Shown: piece by piece, positions 48,389-57,601 of the stretch
Layout: each line of letters begins with the position of its first letter
How positions within the stretch are numbered: position 1 is the stretch's first letter
Source: Acidimicrobiia bacterium
Lineage (GTDB): Bacteria > Actinomycetota > Acidimicrobiia > Spongiisociales > ZC4RG35
Direction of reading: 5' to 3'
Length of the DNA: 64,000 nt
NCBI GenBank assembly: GCA_965203555.1
Contig: CBDBCY010000004.1
Location: 2,048,001 to 2,112,000, forward strand
Made by a program: the position numbers and the translations under genes
The notes under the pieces: model-generated
Database searches by the model: none
What the model was told of the DNA's origin: nothing
The model's input: the letters and a program-made list of their open reading frames with translations, nothing else

Positions 48389-48445
48389 CACCTCCTTTGG
48401 TCATCTGCCTCAAACGCAGAAGGCCCCTTCTCTGGGGCAGGACAG
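48389..48445 (-). ncRNA. Probable S6:S18-responsive rpsF leader
   Basis: Minus strand TCCT-GCCCC-AGAGAA-GGGGC-C...GACC-AA-AGGAGG; 5' TCCT can sequester the SD; TACAAT -10 at ~48479-48484. Confidence 0.55.
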
Positions 48446-48522
48446 GCGCTAAGCGCATTTTGGGGCTTGTGAAACACCATTGTAGCGGAGATCGAAACCT
48501 AATAAATCCCGACGTTTCTCCC

Positions 48523-49173
48523 TTATGGCCGGGCAACGGTCTCGCCCAACATCAGAGATTCTCCAAACTGGACCTCGTCGAAGAACCCGGGAGCCGCCTC
48601 CAGGGCGTAACGGACTGGATTTTTCGAGGGGTAGGTGGGACAGGGATCCTGGGTGCAGGGAAGCATCGCCAACACCGCGAAGAGAGCGCCTTCCTCGTCA
48701 AAGTACCCGATATCGAGCGGTATCAGGGTGTTCTTCATCCAAAACGAGACAGGGAGGGGATCCTCCCAGGCAAACACCATCCCGTCCAGGTCGCCCAGCG
48801 ATTCGACTCCCATCAGACCCCGGGTCCGCAGGGCGGTGGTGTCCGCCAACGCCAGCAGCAGAGACCGCTCGCCCAGTCGGGCGGTGATGATCATGAATCC
48901 TTCTACGTCTCCCGTGTCCGCACGGATGGTTGTCGGGGTGATGGTGGTGGTTGTGGTAGCTGGGAAAGAAGACGTGGTCGTGGATGGGACGGCAGTGGTG
49001 TCTGTGGCAGGCGGGGCCATGGTCGAGGATGTGGTGGTGACCGGCAGGGCAACAGTGGTGGACGTCGTCGGCGAACCGCCGTTCGGGGGTTCGGGGTGGG
49101 TGGCGTCCGTGGACACGGCGCCTCCACCCAGATCGTCTGCGACCCGGACCTCCCCACATGCCCAGGCCGCCAA
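48523..49173 (-). CDS. DUF192-family lipoprotein (true start likely further upstream)
   Basis: Thr/Ser linker, ADT...R.RGLM, GMVF, FWMKNT.IPLDI.YFD, PC...CP.Y, YALE; in-frame signal-like HRKSLFLVVFLAL precedes the annotated start. Confidence 0.82.
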   Translation of the reverse strand: MAAWACGEVRVADDLGGGAVSTDATHPEPPNGGSPTTSTTVALPVTTTSSTMAPPATDTTAVPSTTTSSFPATTTTTITPTTIRADTGDVEGFMIITARLGERSLLLALADTTALRTRGLMGVESLGDLDGMVFAWEDPLPVSFWMKNTLIPLDIGYFDEEGALFAVLAMLPCTQDPCPTYPSKNPVRYALEAAPGFFDEVQFGESLMLGETVARP

Positions 49174-49184
49174 AGCCAGGAAAA

Positions 49185-50045
49185 CTACAAGGAAAAGACT
49201 TTTGCGGTGGAAGGCGTTTCCTCCAGCAGGGCTTCCTCGAGACCGGAGTCCACCCGGTATGTCTCTTTCTGGTCGGGGAAGTTCCCGGTCTTGACGTCGT
49301 GGCGAAAGCGGCGCAGCGCATCGGTGGCTACTTCCCGAAGATTGGCATATTGCCGCACGAACTTGGGATAGCGGCCGAACCCCATGCCGAGTAGGTCGTG
49401 GAACACCAGCACCTGGCCATCCGCCGAACGACCGGCGCCGATCCCGATGGTGGGAGTGGAGATGCGTTCGGTGACCACCGACGCCAACGCTTCCGGCACT
49501 CCTTCCAGAACCAGGGCGAATATGCCGGCCTCCTCCAGGGCCTCGGCTTCACGGATGATCTTTCGGGCCGTGTCGAGTCGCCGTCCCTGGACCCGGTAAC
49601 CGCCCTCGGCGTGAATCGACTGGGGGGTCAGGCCCAAGTGGCCCATCACCGGTATCTCTGCCGCCAGCAGCCTCTCGATGTGAGGAATTCGCTCGGATCC
49701 CCCTTCGATCTTGACAGCCTCGGCCCCCGCCCGTACCAGGGTGGCGGCGTTGCGGACCGTTTCCTCGGGGGATATGTGAAAGCTCATCCAGGGCATGTCA
49801 CCCACCACCAGTGAATGGGGCTTGGCCCGGGCGACGGCCGCCACATGATAGACCATCATTTCCAGACTGATCGAGAGGGTGGTTTCGAAACCGTGTACGA
49901 CGTTTGCGGCGGAATCTCCCACCAGGATGATGTCAATGCCCGCCTCCGACGCCAGCTTGGCGCCGGGAAAGTCATAGGCTGTAACCATGGCGATCTTTTC
50001 GACGCCTTTGCGGGCTCGAATGACTGGGACAGTCACCTTTGCCAT
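49185..50045 (-). CDS. panB: 3-methyl-2-oxobutanoate hydroxymethyltransferase
   Basis: TAYD, ILVGDS, DMPW.S, VKIEGG, GHLGLTPQS, IGIGAG, DGQVLV.HD. Confidence 0.96.
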   Translation of the reverse strand: MAKVTVPVIRARKGVEKIAMVTAYDFPGAKLASEAGIDIILVGDSAANVVHGFETTLSISLEMMVYHVAAVARAKPHSLVVGDMPWMSFHISPEETVRNAATLVRAGAEAVKIEGGSERIPHIERLLAAEIPVMGHLGLTPQSIHAEGGYRVQGRRLDTARKIIREAEALEEAGIFALVLEGVPEALASVVTERISTPTIGIGAGRSADGQVLVFHDLLGMGFGRYPKFVRQYANLREVATDALRRFRHDVKTGNFPDQKETYRVDSGLEEALLEETPSTAKVFSL

Positions 50046-50263
50046 ATTCTGCTCCTCTCTCCCCACCGCCAAGGGTTGGGGGATCGGCTCTTCAGGTTTG
50101 GGGTTGCCCGGTGTGGGGGTCAGCACGCTGCAATCGAGTCGACCGCCCCCTGGGGCCGGCTGCTCTCAATAATAAGCCGCCGCCTGGTGTCCATTACCGG
50201 GAATTGACGGAAAGGTTTATCGATACGCTCTGCTGTCGACTTTGGAGTGAGGACCGAGAGCCG

Positions 50264-50617
50264 CTACAGGTAAATGCCGAGGAGGATCACCACCAGGGTC
50301 AGGATCGTGACTGCCGTGAGCCTCCTTCCCCGTGCCGGTTCTTCGACCTGTGAGGTTCTGATCCTGCCGATCTTGAACACGGTGACGGCAATCAGCATCA
50401 CCACGGGATGGAAGAGGTCATCCCAAGTCCCGTTGACGACCAACAGGATGATTCCCAGCAACGCCTGCACATCCAACAGAATGGAAGTAACGCTCACCAG
50501 GGCAGGGTGATGGGAGGAGTCCTTGCTCCATTTGACCAGTCCTATCACCACCATGGCGATCAGGGCGGCCAGCACCAGCCATCGCAGACCCGAATGTGTC
50601 TCTAACAAAAAATCCAT
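50264..50617 (-). CDS. Small four-TM membrane protein
   Basis: HSGLRW..L, LD.Q.LLG, HP..M.IA; hydrophobic helices. Confidence 0.6.
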   Translation of the reverse strand: MDFLLETHSGLRWLVLAALIAMVVIGLVKWSKDSSHHPALVSVTSILLDVQALLGIILLVVNGTWDDLFHPVVMLIAVTVFKIGRIRTSQVEEPARGRRLTAVTILTLVVILLGIYL

Positions 50618-50796
50618 GTCTCTGATGATATCTGCTATTGGGTTCTGTTTAGTCAGGATGGAACAACCGCGGCGGCATGATCCCGGTGGACACTGTTGGT
50701 ACCCTGAGCCCGTGGGAATAGAGGATACGTTCCATCCCATCGGCATCCACGGTTCGGTAAACCCGAGCGCAGAAGACATCGACAGTGGAGGATCAC

Positions 50797-51117
50797 ATGC
50801 TGTTCGAGTTGAGGCAGTACCAGTGCAAATCGGGAAGACGCGACGAGTTCGTGCGCTATATGGAGGAAACGCTGATACCCTTCCAGGTCTCGCACGGAGT
50901 GGTTGTGGTGGGATCGTTCATAGATGAGGAAGACCCCAACGGTTACGTGTGGATCCGGCGTTTCGACTCCGATGAGGAACGTGAACGGATTTACCAAACG
51001 ATTTACGGAAGTGACACATGGAATGAGGAGATACTGCCCGCCGTCGTAAAGATGGTCCACCGGGAACGTTCGGTGATCTCGCAGCTTCGCCCCACGCCGA
51101 AGTCAGTTGTCCGCTAG
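50797..51117 (+). CDS. NIPSNAP-family protein
   Basis: FELRQY, G..VVGSF, YVWIRRF...ER....IY.S..W, L.PTPKS. Confidence 0.85.
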   Translation: MLFELRQYQCKSGRRDEFVRYMEETLIPFQVSHGVVVVGSFIDEEDPNGYVWIRRFDSDEERERIYQTIYGSDTWNEEILPAVVKMVHRERSVISQLRPTPKSVVR

Positions 51118-51148
51118 AGGTGGGCCTGGTCGGGGCACTTTCCGATGA

Positions 51149-51925
51149 TCAGCCGTGGCTGAGTAGTTGGTCTCTCAACCAGACGATGTCCGCCTCCTGG
51201 CCTTCCGAGGGAGTCTCCACCACTGCCGGGGCGGCGGCGTCGCGGACCACTTCGGCCAAAAGTTCCGACGGGATTTCCCCATCCTTGAGATTGGCATGGC
51301 GATCCCTTCTCGAGTTGAAAGGATCACGGGAATTGTTGGCGTGCACCAAGTCGATTCTTCCGGTTGCGGCCAGGATGCGTTCCACTAGTCCTTCCAACGG
51401 TTCTCCCCCCGCCCAGGCATGACAGGTGTCGAGCACGAAACCCACCTCCAGGTCGCCTATCTCCTCCCACAGTCGCCGGATGTCCTCCAGTCGCCGGGCG
51501 GCGGCGAAGTTGCCGGAGGCGGTGTTCTCGATCAAGACCGGCACATCGGTGTCGAGTTGCACCAATGCCTTGCGCCACCGTTTGGCGCCTTCCCTCAAAT
51601 CGCCTCCCCCCGTGACATGACCACCGTGAACCACCACTCCCGCCGCCGCGATCTGCGACGCTGCTTCGCAGGTTTCGGCCAGGATCCGCCGGCTCGGAAT
51701 CCGTATCCTGCTCACCTTGGCCACCACATTCACCAGGTAGGGCGCATGTACATAGATGGGGATCGGGGAGCATGCCAGTTCCTCCGCGTCGTCTCTGGGA
51801 AGGGGCTTTTTCCAGCTTTGGGGGTTCGACAGAAAGAATTGGATCGCTTCGGCCCCAATCGCCCTGGCTTTTGCCAGGGGCGTCTTGTTGGACAGGTGCG
51901 CTCCGATCAGCAAGGGACTAGGCAT
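51149..51925 (-). CDS. nfo: Endonuclease IV (AP endonuclease)
   Basis: IGAH, Q.F..NPQSW, VHAPY.VN, VVHGGH, IENTA, LDTCHAWA, HANNS, DRHAN, VETP. Confidence 0.92.
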   Translation of the reverse strand: MPSPLLIGAHLSNKTPLAKARAIGAEAIQFFLSNPQSWKKPLPRDDAEELACSPIPIYVHAPYLVNVVAKVSRIRIPSRRILAETCEAASQIAAAGVVVHGGHVTGGGDLREGAKRWRKALVQLDTDVPVLIENTASGNFAAARRLEDIRRLWEEIGDLEVGFVLDTCHAWAGGEPLEGLVERILAATGRIDLVHANNSRDPFNSRRDRHANLKDGEIPSELLAEVVRDAAAPAVVETPSEGQEADIVWLRDQLLSHG

Positions 51926-52493
51926 TGTCCTCCACTTGGACCTGTTCGGTCAGACGGCTGAGGTATTGGTTGCTCACTGTGGACACTACTTCGGCGCGAA
52001 CCGACCAGTCAGAAGCCAACACTCTCAAGATTCGGCTTCCCGTCCATCTCGCTCCCCACGGATCCCAGGGAAGGTCGTGTCCGAGGTAAATGGGATGCAG
52101 CACGATGGTCAGGCTTGACAACCGGCTCCCGTCATCGTTGGTCGGTTGCGCGAAGACACCTTCAATCCAGCGCCACGGTAGGAGATGGAGTGAGCGGAAA
52201 GGCCCGCGCAGCGCAAGGTGGAGACCGTCGGGCGCCACGATGAGGACCGGACGGAGTCGGATACCCGAGACTGTCCCCCAAACAATCAGAACCGCCCCGG
52301 CCGCCAATATGATCCCCGCCCACACCCGTTCCCGGGCCTCCAGGACCTCCTCTCCCTGGTAGACCCGCTCGGCCAACCCGGCGACCAGGCTGTTCCACAC
52401 CAGCAGGTCCAAGGCCAGGGCCGCCAGGACCATGCCCGACAGGGCGATCAGCCAGCTTCGCCGGGAAGAGTTGTAGACGGTGATGGTTTCCAT
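51918..52493 (-). CDS. Hypothetical membrane protein
   Basis: Two TM segments, SD AGGAG, overlaps nfo start. Confidence 0.6.
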   Translation of the reverse strand: METITVYNSSRRSWLIALSGMVLAALALDLLVWNSLVAGLAERVYQGEEVLEARERVWAGIILAAGAVLIVWGTVSGIRLRPVLIVAPDGLHLALRGPFRSLHLLPWRWIEGVFAQPTNDDGSRLSSLTIVLHPIYLGHDLPWDPWGARWTGSRILRVLASDWSVRAEVVSTVSNQYLSRLTEQVQVEDNA

Positions 52494-52600
52494 ATTCTCC
52501 TGAAGGGGCGATTTACACGATACCCCGATGACTTTGGGAAGTTCCCGCGGTTCATCCGGCGATTGGCAAAAGCAAAGACGGAAGGATTAGCTTTGCAGGT

Positions 52601-53281
52601 GTGAAGCTGATACTCATCCGGCATGCCGAACCCGCTTGGACCCAGGGTGGGAGAATGGTGGGTAACCCTAACCTCACCGAATTGGGCAGGCGCCAGGCCC
52701 GGCGGCTGGCCGGGCGGTCCTGGTCGGGAGTGGATGAACTGTGGGTCTCGGAGTTGAGGCGCGCCCGGGAAACCGCCGCCCCTCTGGCGGAAAAGCTCGG
52801 TTTGACGCCGCAGGTTCGTTCCTGGATGAACGAGATAGGAGACCCGGTGGAATGGGACGGGATGCCGATCCGGCAGGTCGACGCCCGCATCTCCAAACTC
52901 GAACGGGCGCCTTCTCTCGAACGGCTCTGGAAAGGGGTGCGCCGGGGTGAGCCCTATCACAGCTTCCGGGAGAGAATTGCTTCCGGACTGCTACGGTCGC
53001 TGGGAGACTACGGGGTGCGAATGTTGGAACCCGATCAGCCTCGCCTCTGGCGACCCGGCCAGCGAAAGTCGATAGTGCTGGTGGCTCACGGCGGCACCAA
53101 CGCGGTTGTCTACGAGACGCTGCTGGGGTGTGGACCCACGCCCATCGCCTGGCACAAGTTTCGCTCGCTGCACACCGCCGTGTCGGTACTTGGGACCTAT
53201 CCCCTGGCCCATGCGACGATGTTTGCCCTGGAGAAATTCGGAGATGTCACCCACTTGGCGCCGGAGCAGGTGACCCAATAG
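52601..53281 (+). CDS. Histidine phosphatase family protein
   Basis: LIRHA, LT.LG..QA, S.L.RA.ETA, VAHGG, D..HL. Confidence 0.88.
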   Translation: MKLILIRHAEPAWTQGGRMVGNPNLTELGRRQARRLAGRSWSGVDELWVSELRRARETAAPLAEKLGLTPQVRSWMNEIGDPVEWDGMPIRQVDARISKLERAPSLERLWKGVRRGEPYHSFRERIASGLLRSLGDYGVRMLEPDQPRLWRPGQRKSIVLVAHGGTNAVVYETLLGCGPTPIAWHKFRSLHTAVSVLGTYPLAHATMFALEKFGDVTHLAPEQVTQ

Positions 53282-53283
53282 CC

Positions 53284-54066
53284 TCAGCGTCCGTAGCGAC
53301 GCTCCCGCCGCGAGAAGTCACGCAGCGCCCGAAGGTAGTCGACTCGCCGGAAGGCCGGCCAGTAGACGTCGGCGAAGACGAACTCGGCGTAGGCGGACTG
53401 CCAGAGCAGGAATCCCGAGAGACGGGACTCGCCGGAAGTCCGGATCAAAAGATCCGGATCGGGAAGGCCGGCGGAATACATGTGACGGGCCAGGCCTTCA
53501 TGGTCGATTTGCTCAGCCAGTTGAACGGGATCTTTGACAGTGGTCCCGAGTTCGGCTACCAGGTTGCGGCAGGCGTCAACGATTTCCTGGCGCCCGCCAT
53601 ATCCCATGGCGATGGTCAGATTGCGGTTCTCGTCGCCCGGACCGGTCTGCTCCATGGCGATCTTGGCCGCGGTTGTCAACCCCGACGGCAGCAGATCGAG
53701 ACTTCCGATGAAACGCAGTCCCATTCCGTGCTGCCGGCAACGTTTCGGAATGCGTTCGAAGAAGCTGATCAGCACTTCGTAGATGGGGGCGAGTTCGGCG
53801 GCCGAGCGACTGAGGTTGTCTTTTGACAAAGCCCAGGCGGTTATGGCCGGAATCTTGAGTTCCGCCGACCAGTCGACGAACTTCTCGAAGCGGCGCATCC
53901 CCTCCCAGTAGCTGTCCGTGTAGGCCGGTAACCCGCTCTGGCGGGCATAACGGCGATGGCCGTCGAGGATCACTCCCACATGCCGGGGAAAACGGGAGGC
54001 GTCCATCTGAGCCAAAAGGCGTCGCTCATATATGCGGTAGAGGAGGCTGGTGAAGGGTGTGGTCAT
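53284..54066 (-). CDS. uppS: cis-isoprenyl diphosphate synthase (UppS family)
   Basis: PRHVG.ILDGHRR, S.DN..R, YGGRQEI, PDLLIRTSGE.RLSGFLLWQ, WP.F, RERRYG. Confidence 0.9.
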   Translation of the reverse strand: MTTPFTSLLYRIYERRLLAQMDASRFPRHVGVILDGHRRYARQSGLPAYTDSYWEGMRRFEKFVDWSAELKIPAITAWALSKDNLSRSAAELAPIYEVLISFFERIPKRCRQHGMGLRFIGSLDLLPSGLTTAAKIAMEQTGPGDENRNLTIAMGYGGRQEIVDACRNLVAELGTTVKDPVQLAEQIDHEGLARHMYSAGLPDPDLLIRTSGESRLSGFLLWQSAYAEFVFADVYWPAFRRVDYLRALRDFSRRERRYGR

Positions 54067-54097
54067 GAACTGGCGGCAGGTCGGTTGCTTGTAAATC

Positions 54098-54880
54098 CTA
54101 TCCTGAACCCTTCGGATCCCAACTGAAGAACCGGGTGGTCAGTACCAACCCGAGCACCAGCCAGGCGCCCATGATCGCCAGATTCTCCCAACCCAGGATC
54201 TGCCCGTCATGGAAGGGGTTGAACGAGTCGCCGAAAGGCTCCGCGAAATGCTTGAGCGGGAAAACGTCTCCCAGGACAAGCAGCCACCCTGGGGCATCGT
54301 CGAGGGGGATGAAAATCCCCGAGATGAAAGCCATTGGCAGAAAGACGGCATTGGCCACCGCCGGCACCGAGTCGGCGTTCTTGACAACTGCACATACCGA
54401 CAGGCCGAGCGCCGAAAAGGTGGCCATGCCCAGTACGAACACCAGCAGGGCAACTCCCAGGTTGTCCCATAACATGACGAAGCCGAACAAAGCCCATGCC
54501 ACCGAGAACATCACCACCACCGACACCAACGCGACCCACACCGCTGAGCCGATCCGCCCCCCCATGTAGATCCATGGTGGAAGCGGTGTGCCCCGCACCC
54601 GCTTGAGAATGCCCTGATCGCGGGCCAGGGCGGTGCCGATCGACAGGCTGGTGAAAGTTGCCGATCCGGCCGCGAAGACCGCCATGGCGGGCGCGAAGAA
54701 TTGAGAGAACCGGTACCCCTCGGTCACCTCGGCGCTTCCAAAGAGCACACTGAACAACACCAGGAAGAAGACCGGGAGGGCCAAGGTGAAGAAAGCGGCC
54801 ACCGGTGTTCTCCAAAAGGTGCGGTTCTGGCTGCGGATCTGTCGCCACAACAAGGGAAGGCCGGCTCGCACAGCGGTCAT
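54098..54880 (-). CDS. ABC-2 type exporter permease
   Basis: FFT..LP, R..GILKR.R.TPLP, FISG.F.P, FPL.H. Confidence 0.88.
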   Translation of the reverse strand: MTAVRAGLPLLWRQIRSQNRTFWRTPVAAFFTLALPVFFLVLFSVLFGSAEVTEGYRFSQFFAPAMAVFAAGSATFTSLSIGTALARDQGILKRVRGTPLPPWIYMGGRIGSAVWVALVSVVVMFSVAWALFGFVMLWDNLGVALLVFVLGMATFSALGLSVCAVVKNADSVPAVANAVFLPMAFISGIFIPLDDAPGWLLVLGDVFPLKHFAEPFGDSFNPFHDGQILGWENLAIMGAWLVLGLVLTTRFFSWDPKGSG

Positions 54881-55806
54881 CCTTGCTGCTTTTCAATGTC
54901 CGCTTGGTCCATGATGTCGAGGTAGATGTCCTCCAGGCTGGGCCGGGTCACCGTCAGGCCGACCAATTCCACGCTCCCCTCGACAGCCCAGCGGGTGAGG
55001 GAGTACAGATCGGCGGTCGGCTGGGTGGTGTGGTACGTCACCTTGTTGTCCGTTATGGCGGGACCGTCGCGAAGAGCAGGGAGCCCGGCGGTATCGGCAA
55101 TGCTGAATCGGACTGTGGTGACTGCCTGTGTCGAGCCCAAAGACTGGGGCGTTCCCTCAGCCACAATTCTTCCCTCGTTGAGAACCACTATCCGATCGGC
55201 CAGATGCTGAGCTTCGTCGAGGTAGTGGGTAGTCAGGAGAATGGTTTTACCCAGGGCGGTGAGCCCTTCCACCAATTCCCAGGACTTGCGGCGTGCAGCA
55301 GGGTCGAATCCGGTGGTGGGTTCGTCCAAGAACACCAGATCAGGATCTCCCACCAGTCCCAGGGCGAGGTCGAGTCGGCGACGCTGGCCGCCTGACAGAG
55401 TCTTGATCCGGGCATCGGCCTTTTCCTCCAGCCCAACCAGCGAGATGAGGTCATCGGCGGGGCGCCGACGGGAATAGGACATCCCGTACAGTTCGATCAC
55501 TTCCCGCACAGTCAGAACCAGTTCGACGCCGGTTTCCTGGAGCACGATGCCGATCCGATCGCGGAAGGCCCGCCCGCCGGCGGCTGGACGAAAGCCGAGC
55601 ACGTCGATTTCGCCGGAGTCGGCCTGCCGGTACCCCTCCATTATCTCGACTGCGGTGGTTTTCCCCGCTCCATTGGGTCCGAGCAACGCCAGAACCTCTC
55701 CTTCAGCCACCGAGAAACTCACCCCATCAAGCGCAGTCACATCGCCATATCTCTTCACCAGGTTCTTCACAGTTATGGCGGAGGGCACCGAACCCAGGAT
55801 ACACAT
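54877..55806 (-). CDS. ABC exporter ATP-binding protein (DrrA-like)
   Basis: GPNGAGKTT, LSGGQRRR, FLDEPTTGFD, TTHYLDEA. Confidence 0.93.
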   Translation of the reverse strand: MCILGSVPSAITVKNLVKRYGDVTALDGVSFSVAEGEVLALLGPNGAGKTTAVEIMEGYRQADSGEIDVLGFRPAAGGRAFRDRIGIVLQETGVELVLTVREVIELYGMSYSRRRPADDLISLVGLEEKADARIKTLSGGQRRRLDLALGLVGDPDLVFLDEPTTGFDPAARRKSWELVEGLTALGKTILLTTHYLDEAQHLADRIVVLNEGRIVAEGTPQSLGSTQAVTTVRFSIADTAGLPALRDGPAITDNKVTYHTTQPTADLYSLTRWAVEGSVELVGLTVTRPSLEDIYLDIMDQADIEKQQG

Positions 55807-55977
55807 CGGATGGGGGCTTCTTTTCGAGCGGGTTGGTTGATTTCTCCACTGGCAGGGGCATCTATCGGGTTCGCCATTGGGAAGCTAATTCCAAAGAAAC
55901 AGAAGATAAGAAATATATTTATCAAATCTATTAGAAGTCTTACTAGTATAAAATCCAATGCAGGGGGTTTGGCGCAC

Positions 55978-57555
55978 ATGAAACCGGGGGAGATCCATCA
56001 GAGCCTGGCGACAACCAACCGATGGTGGAGCCATCCGGCAGAGTGGACCGGAGACGATCCTGATCTGCGCAACGCTGACAGGGCGCCCTTTCACTACAGA
56101 GCCGGGGTCCTCTCCGGCCTCACGCCCGGCGGATTATATGTGCTGCGAGGACCACGGCGGGTGGGAAAGTCGGTAGAGGTGAAGCGTGCCATCGTGGGCC
56201 TGCTATCCGACGGAGTCCACCCCCGTCGGATAGTGCATATGTCTATGGAAGGCTGGAGCGCCAACCGGTTACACCGTTTGGTCGACGCCGCCCAACAACT
56301 GACACTGGACGGTCCCCGCTATTGGTTTCTCGACGAGATCACCGGGATGATCGGAAGTTGGCCGCAAAGGATCAAATGGCTGAGGGACAACGATCCTCGC
56401 TTCCAAACCGATACGGTGGTTCTAACCGGCTCGTCCTCGGCAGATCTGCGGGAGGCGGTGGGTGTGCTGGCGGGACGGCGAGGCGCGGCCACGACTCCGG
56501 ATCGGGTCTTGTTGCCGATGGGATTCCGAGATTTCGTGGCTCTGGTGGCAAACGGCAAGCTACCTGAGGAGATCGGACCTTTGCGGATCGATACCCTCGC
56601 CGAGCAGTTGCGCGAAGCGTGTTTCGAGTTGGCGCCCTGGCTGGGGATACTGGTCAATGCCTGGGAGATCTACCTTTGGGTGGGAGGCTTCCCTCTTGCT
56701 GTGTCGGGCTATCTACGCGAGCGTGAGGTCGATCCTGCTCTGTGGAGAGGACTGTGGGAAGTCATAAGTGGTGACGCTTTCCGAAGGGCTCGGCAATCCG
56801 ACCTCCAGACCAAGAAGATGTTGCAACGTCTCGCCGCAGGTCTGGGATCCCCCGTCAACGTAGCACGAATCGCTCGGGCAACAGATGTGACACCAACCAC
56901 CGCTCAACAACGAATCGACAATCTTCGGGAGGCGTTCGTGGTTTGGCCGTGTTACAAGGAAGAAGGATTGAGGCCGAGACTCCAGGCCCAGAAGAAGATC
57001 TATTTCACCGATCCGGTCTACCGCCTGCTTACGTCACAGACCACAGATCTGTCGGTCCTGTCCGAACAGCAATTGGGTATGGCCTTACTCCGCAGCTTGG
57101 AACGGGAGAATCCTGGTTCCTACGTCCACTTTGACCGGGTCTTGCATCATCGCACCAAGGCGGGCAGGGAGATCGACTTCGTGGGGCCGGACTTCGGGGA
57201 CGTGGCAATAGAGTCCAAGTATGTTGATGATGATCCCTGGCGACACTCCGAGGGTCGCATCCTGAGAGCCTCTCCCTGGTTGGGTATCGTGGCCACCCGT
57301 AACCTGCTGGATCTGGATGACCGCCACACTTTGGCTGTCCCTGCCGCCATGATCGCTTGGCTGCTCGACACTCAGCGAAGCGAGTCGCCGATCCGATCCG
57401 CCGTCCCACCTGATTTAAGGAGTCAGTGGCCGCAAGCGGCATCTCCTTTCCGCGATGAGACCCCTGACGAAGAACCCCTGCCCGGATTCTCCGGCTCAGT
57501 CAATCCTCAACGGCACAGCCTTGGCCGAACCCCTCCGTCAGGATGGAGCGTCTGA
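55978..57555 (+). CDS. AAA_14 ATPase with DUF4143 (PD-(D/E)xK-like) C-terminal domain
   Basis: N.WW, GPRRVGKS, FLDEI, LTGSS, PMGF.DF, GGFP, KIYF.D, EIDF..IESK; start set at ATG 55978. Confidence 0.85.
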   Translation: MKPGEIHQSLATTNRWWSHPAEWTGDDPDLRNADRAPFHYRAGVLSGLTPGGLYVLRGPRRVGKSVEVKRAIVGLLSDGVHPRRIVHMSMEGWSANRLHRLVDAAQQLTLDGPRYWFLDEITGMIGSWPQRIKWLRDNDPRFQTDTVVLTGSSSADLREAVGVLAGRRGAATTPDRVLLPMGFRDFVALVANGKLPEEIGPLRIDTLAEQLREACFELAPWLGILVNAWEIYLWVGGFPLAVSGYLREREVDPALWRGLWEVISGDAFRRARQSDLQTKKMLQRLAAGLGSPVNVARIARATDVTPTTAQQRIDNLREAFVVWPCYKEEGLRPRLQAQKKIYFTDPVYRLLTSQTTDLSVLSEQQLGMALLRSLERENPGSYVHFDRVLHHRTKAGREIDFVGPDFGDVAIESKYVDDDPWRHSEGRILRASPWLGIVATRNLLDLDDRHTLAVPAAMIAWLLDTQRSESPIRSAVPPDLRSQWPQAASPFRDETPDEEPLPGFSGSVNPQRHSLGRTPPSGWSV

Positions 57556-57601
57556 CCACAGACCAGGAGTTGGCGCTGCCTCCGATTCGTCCGAGCCCGC
57601 C

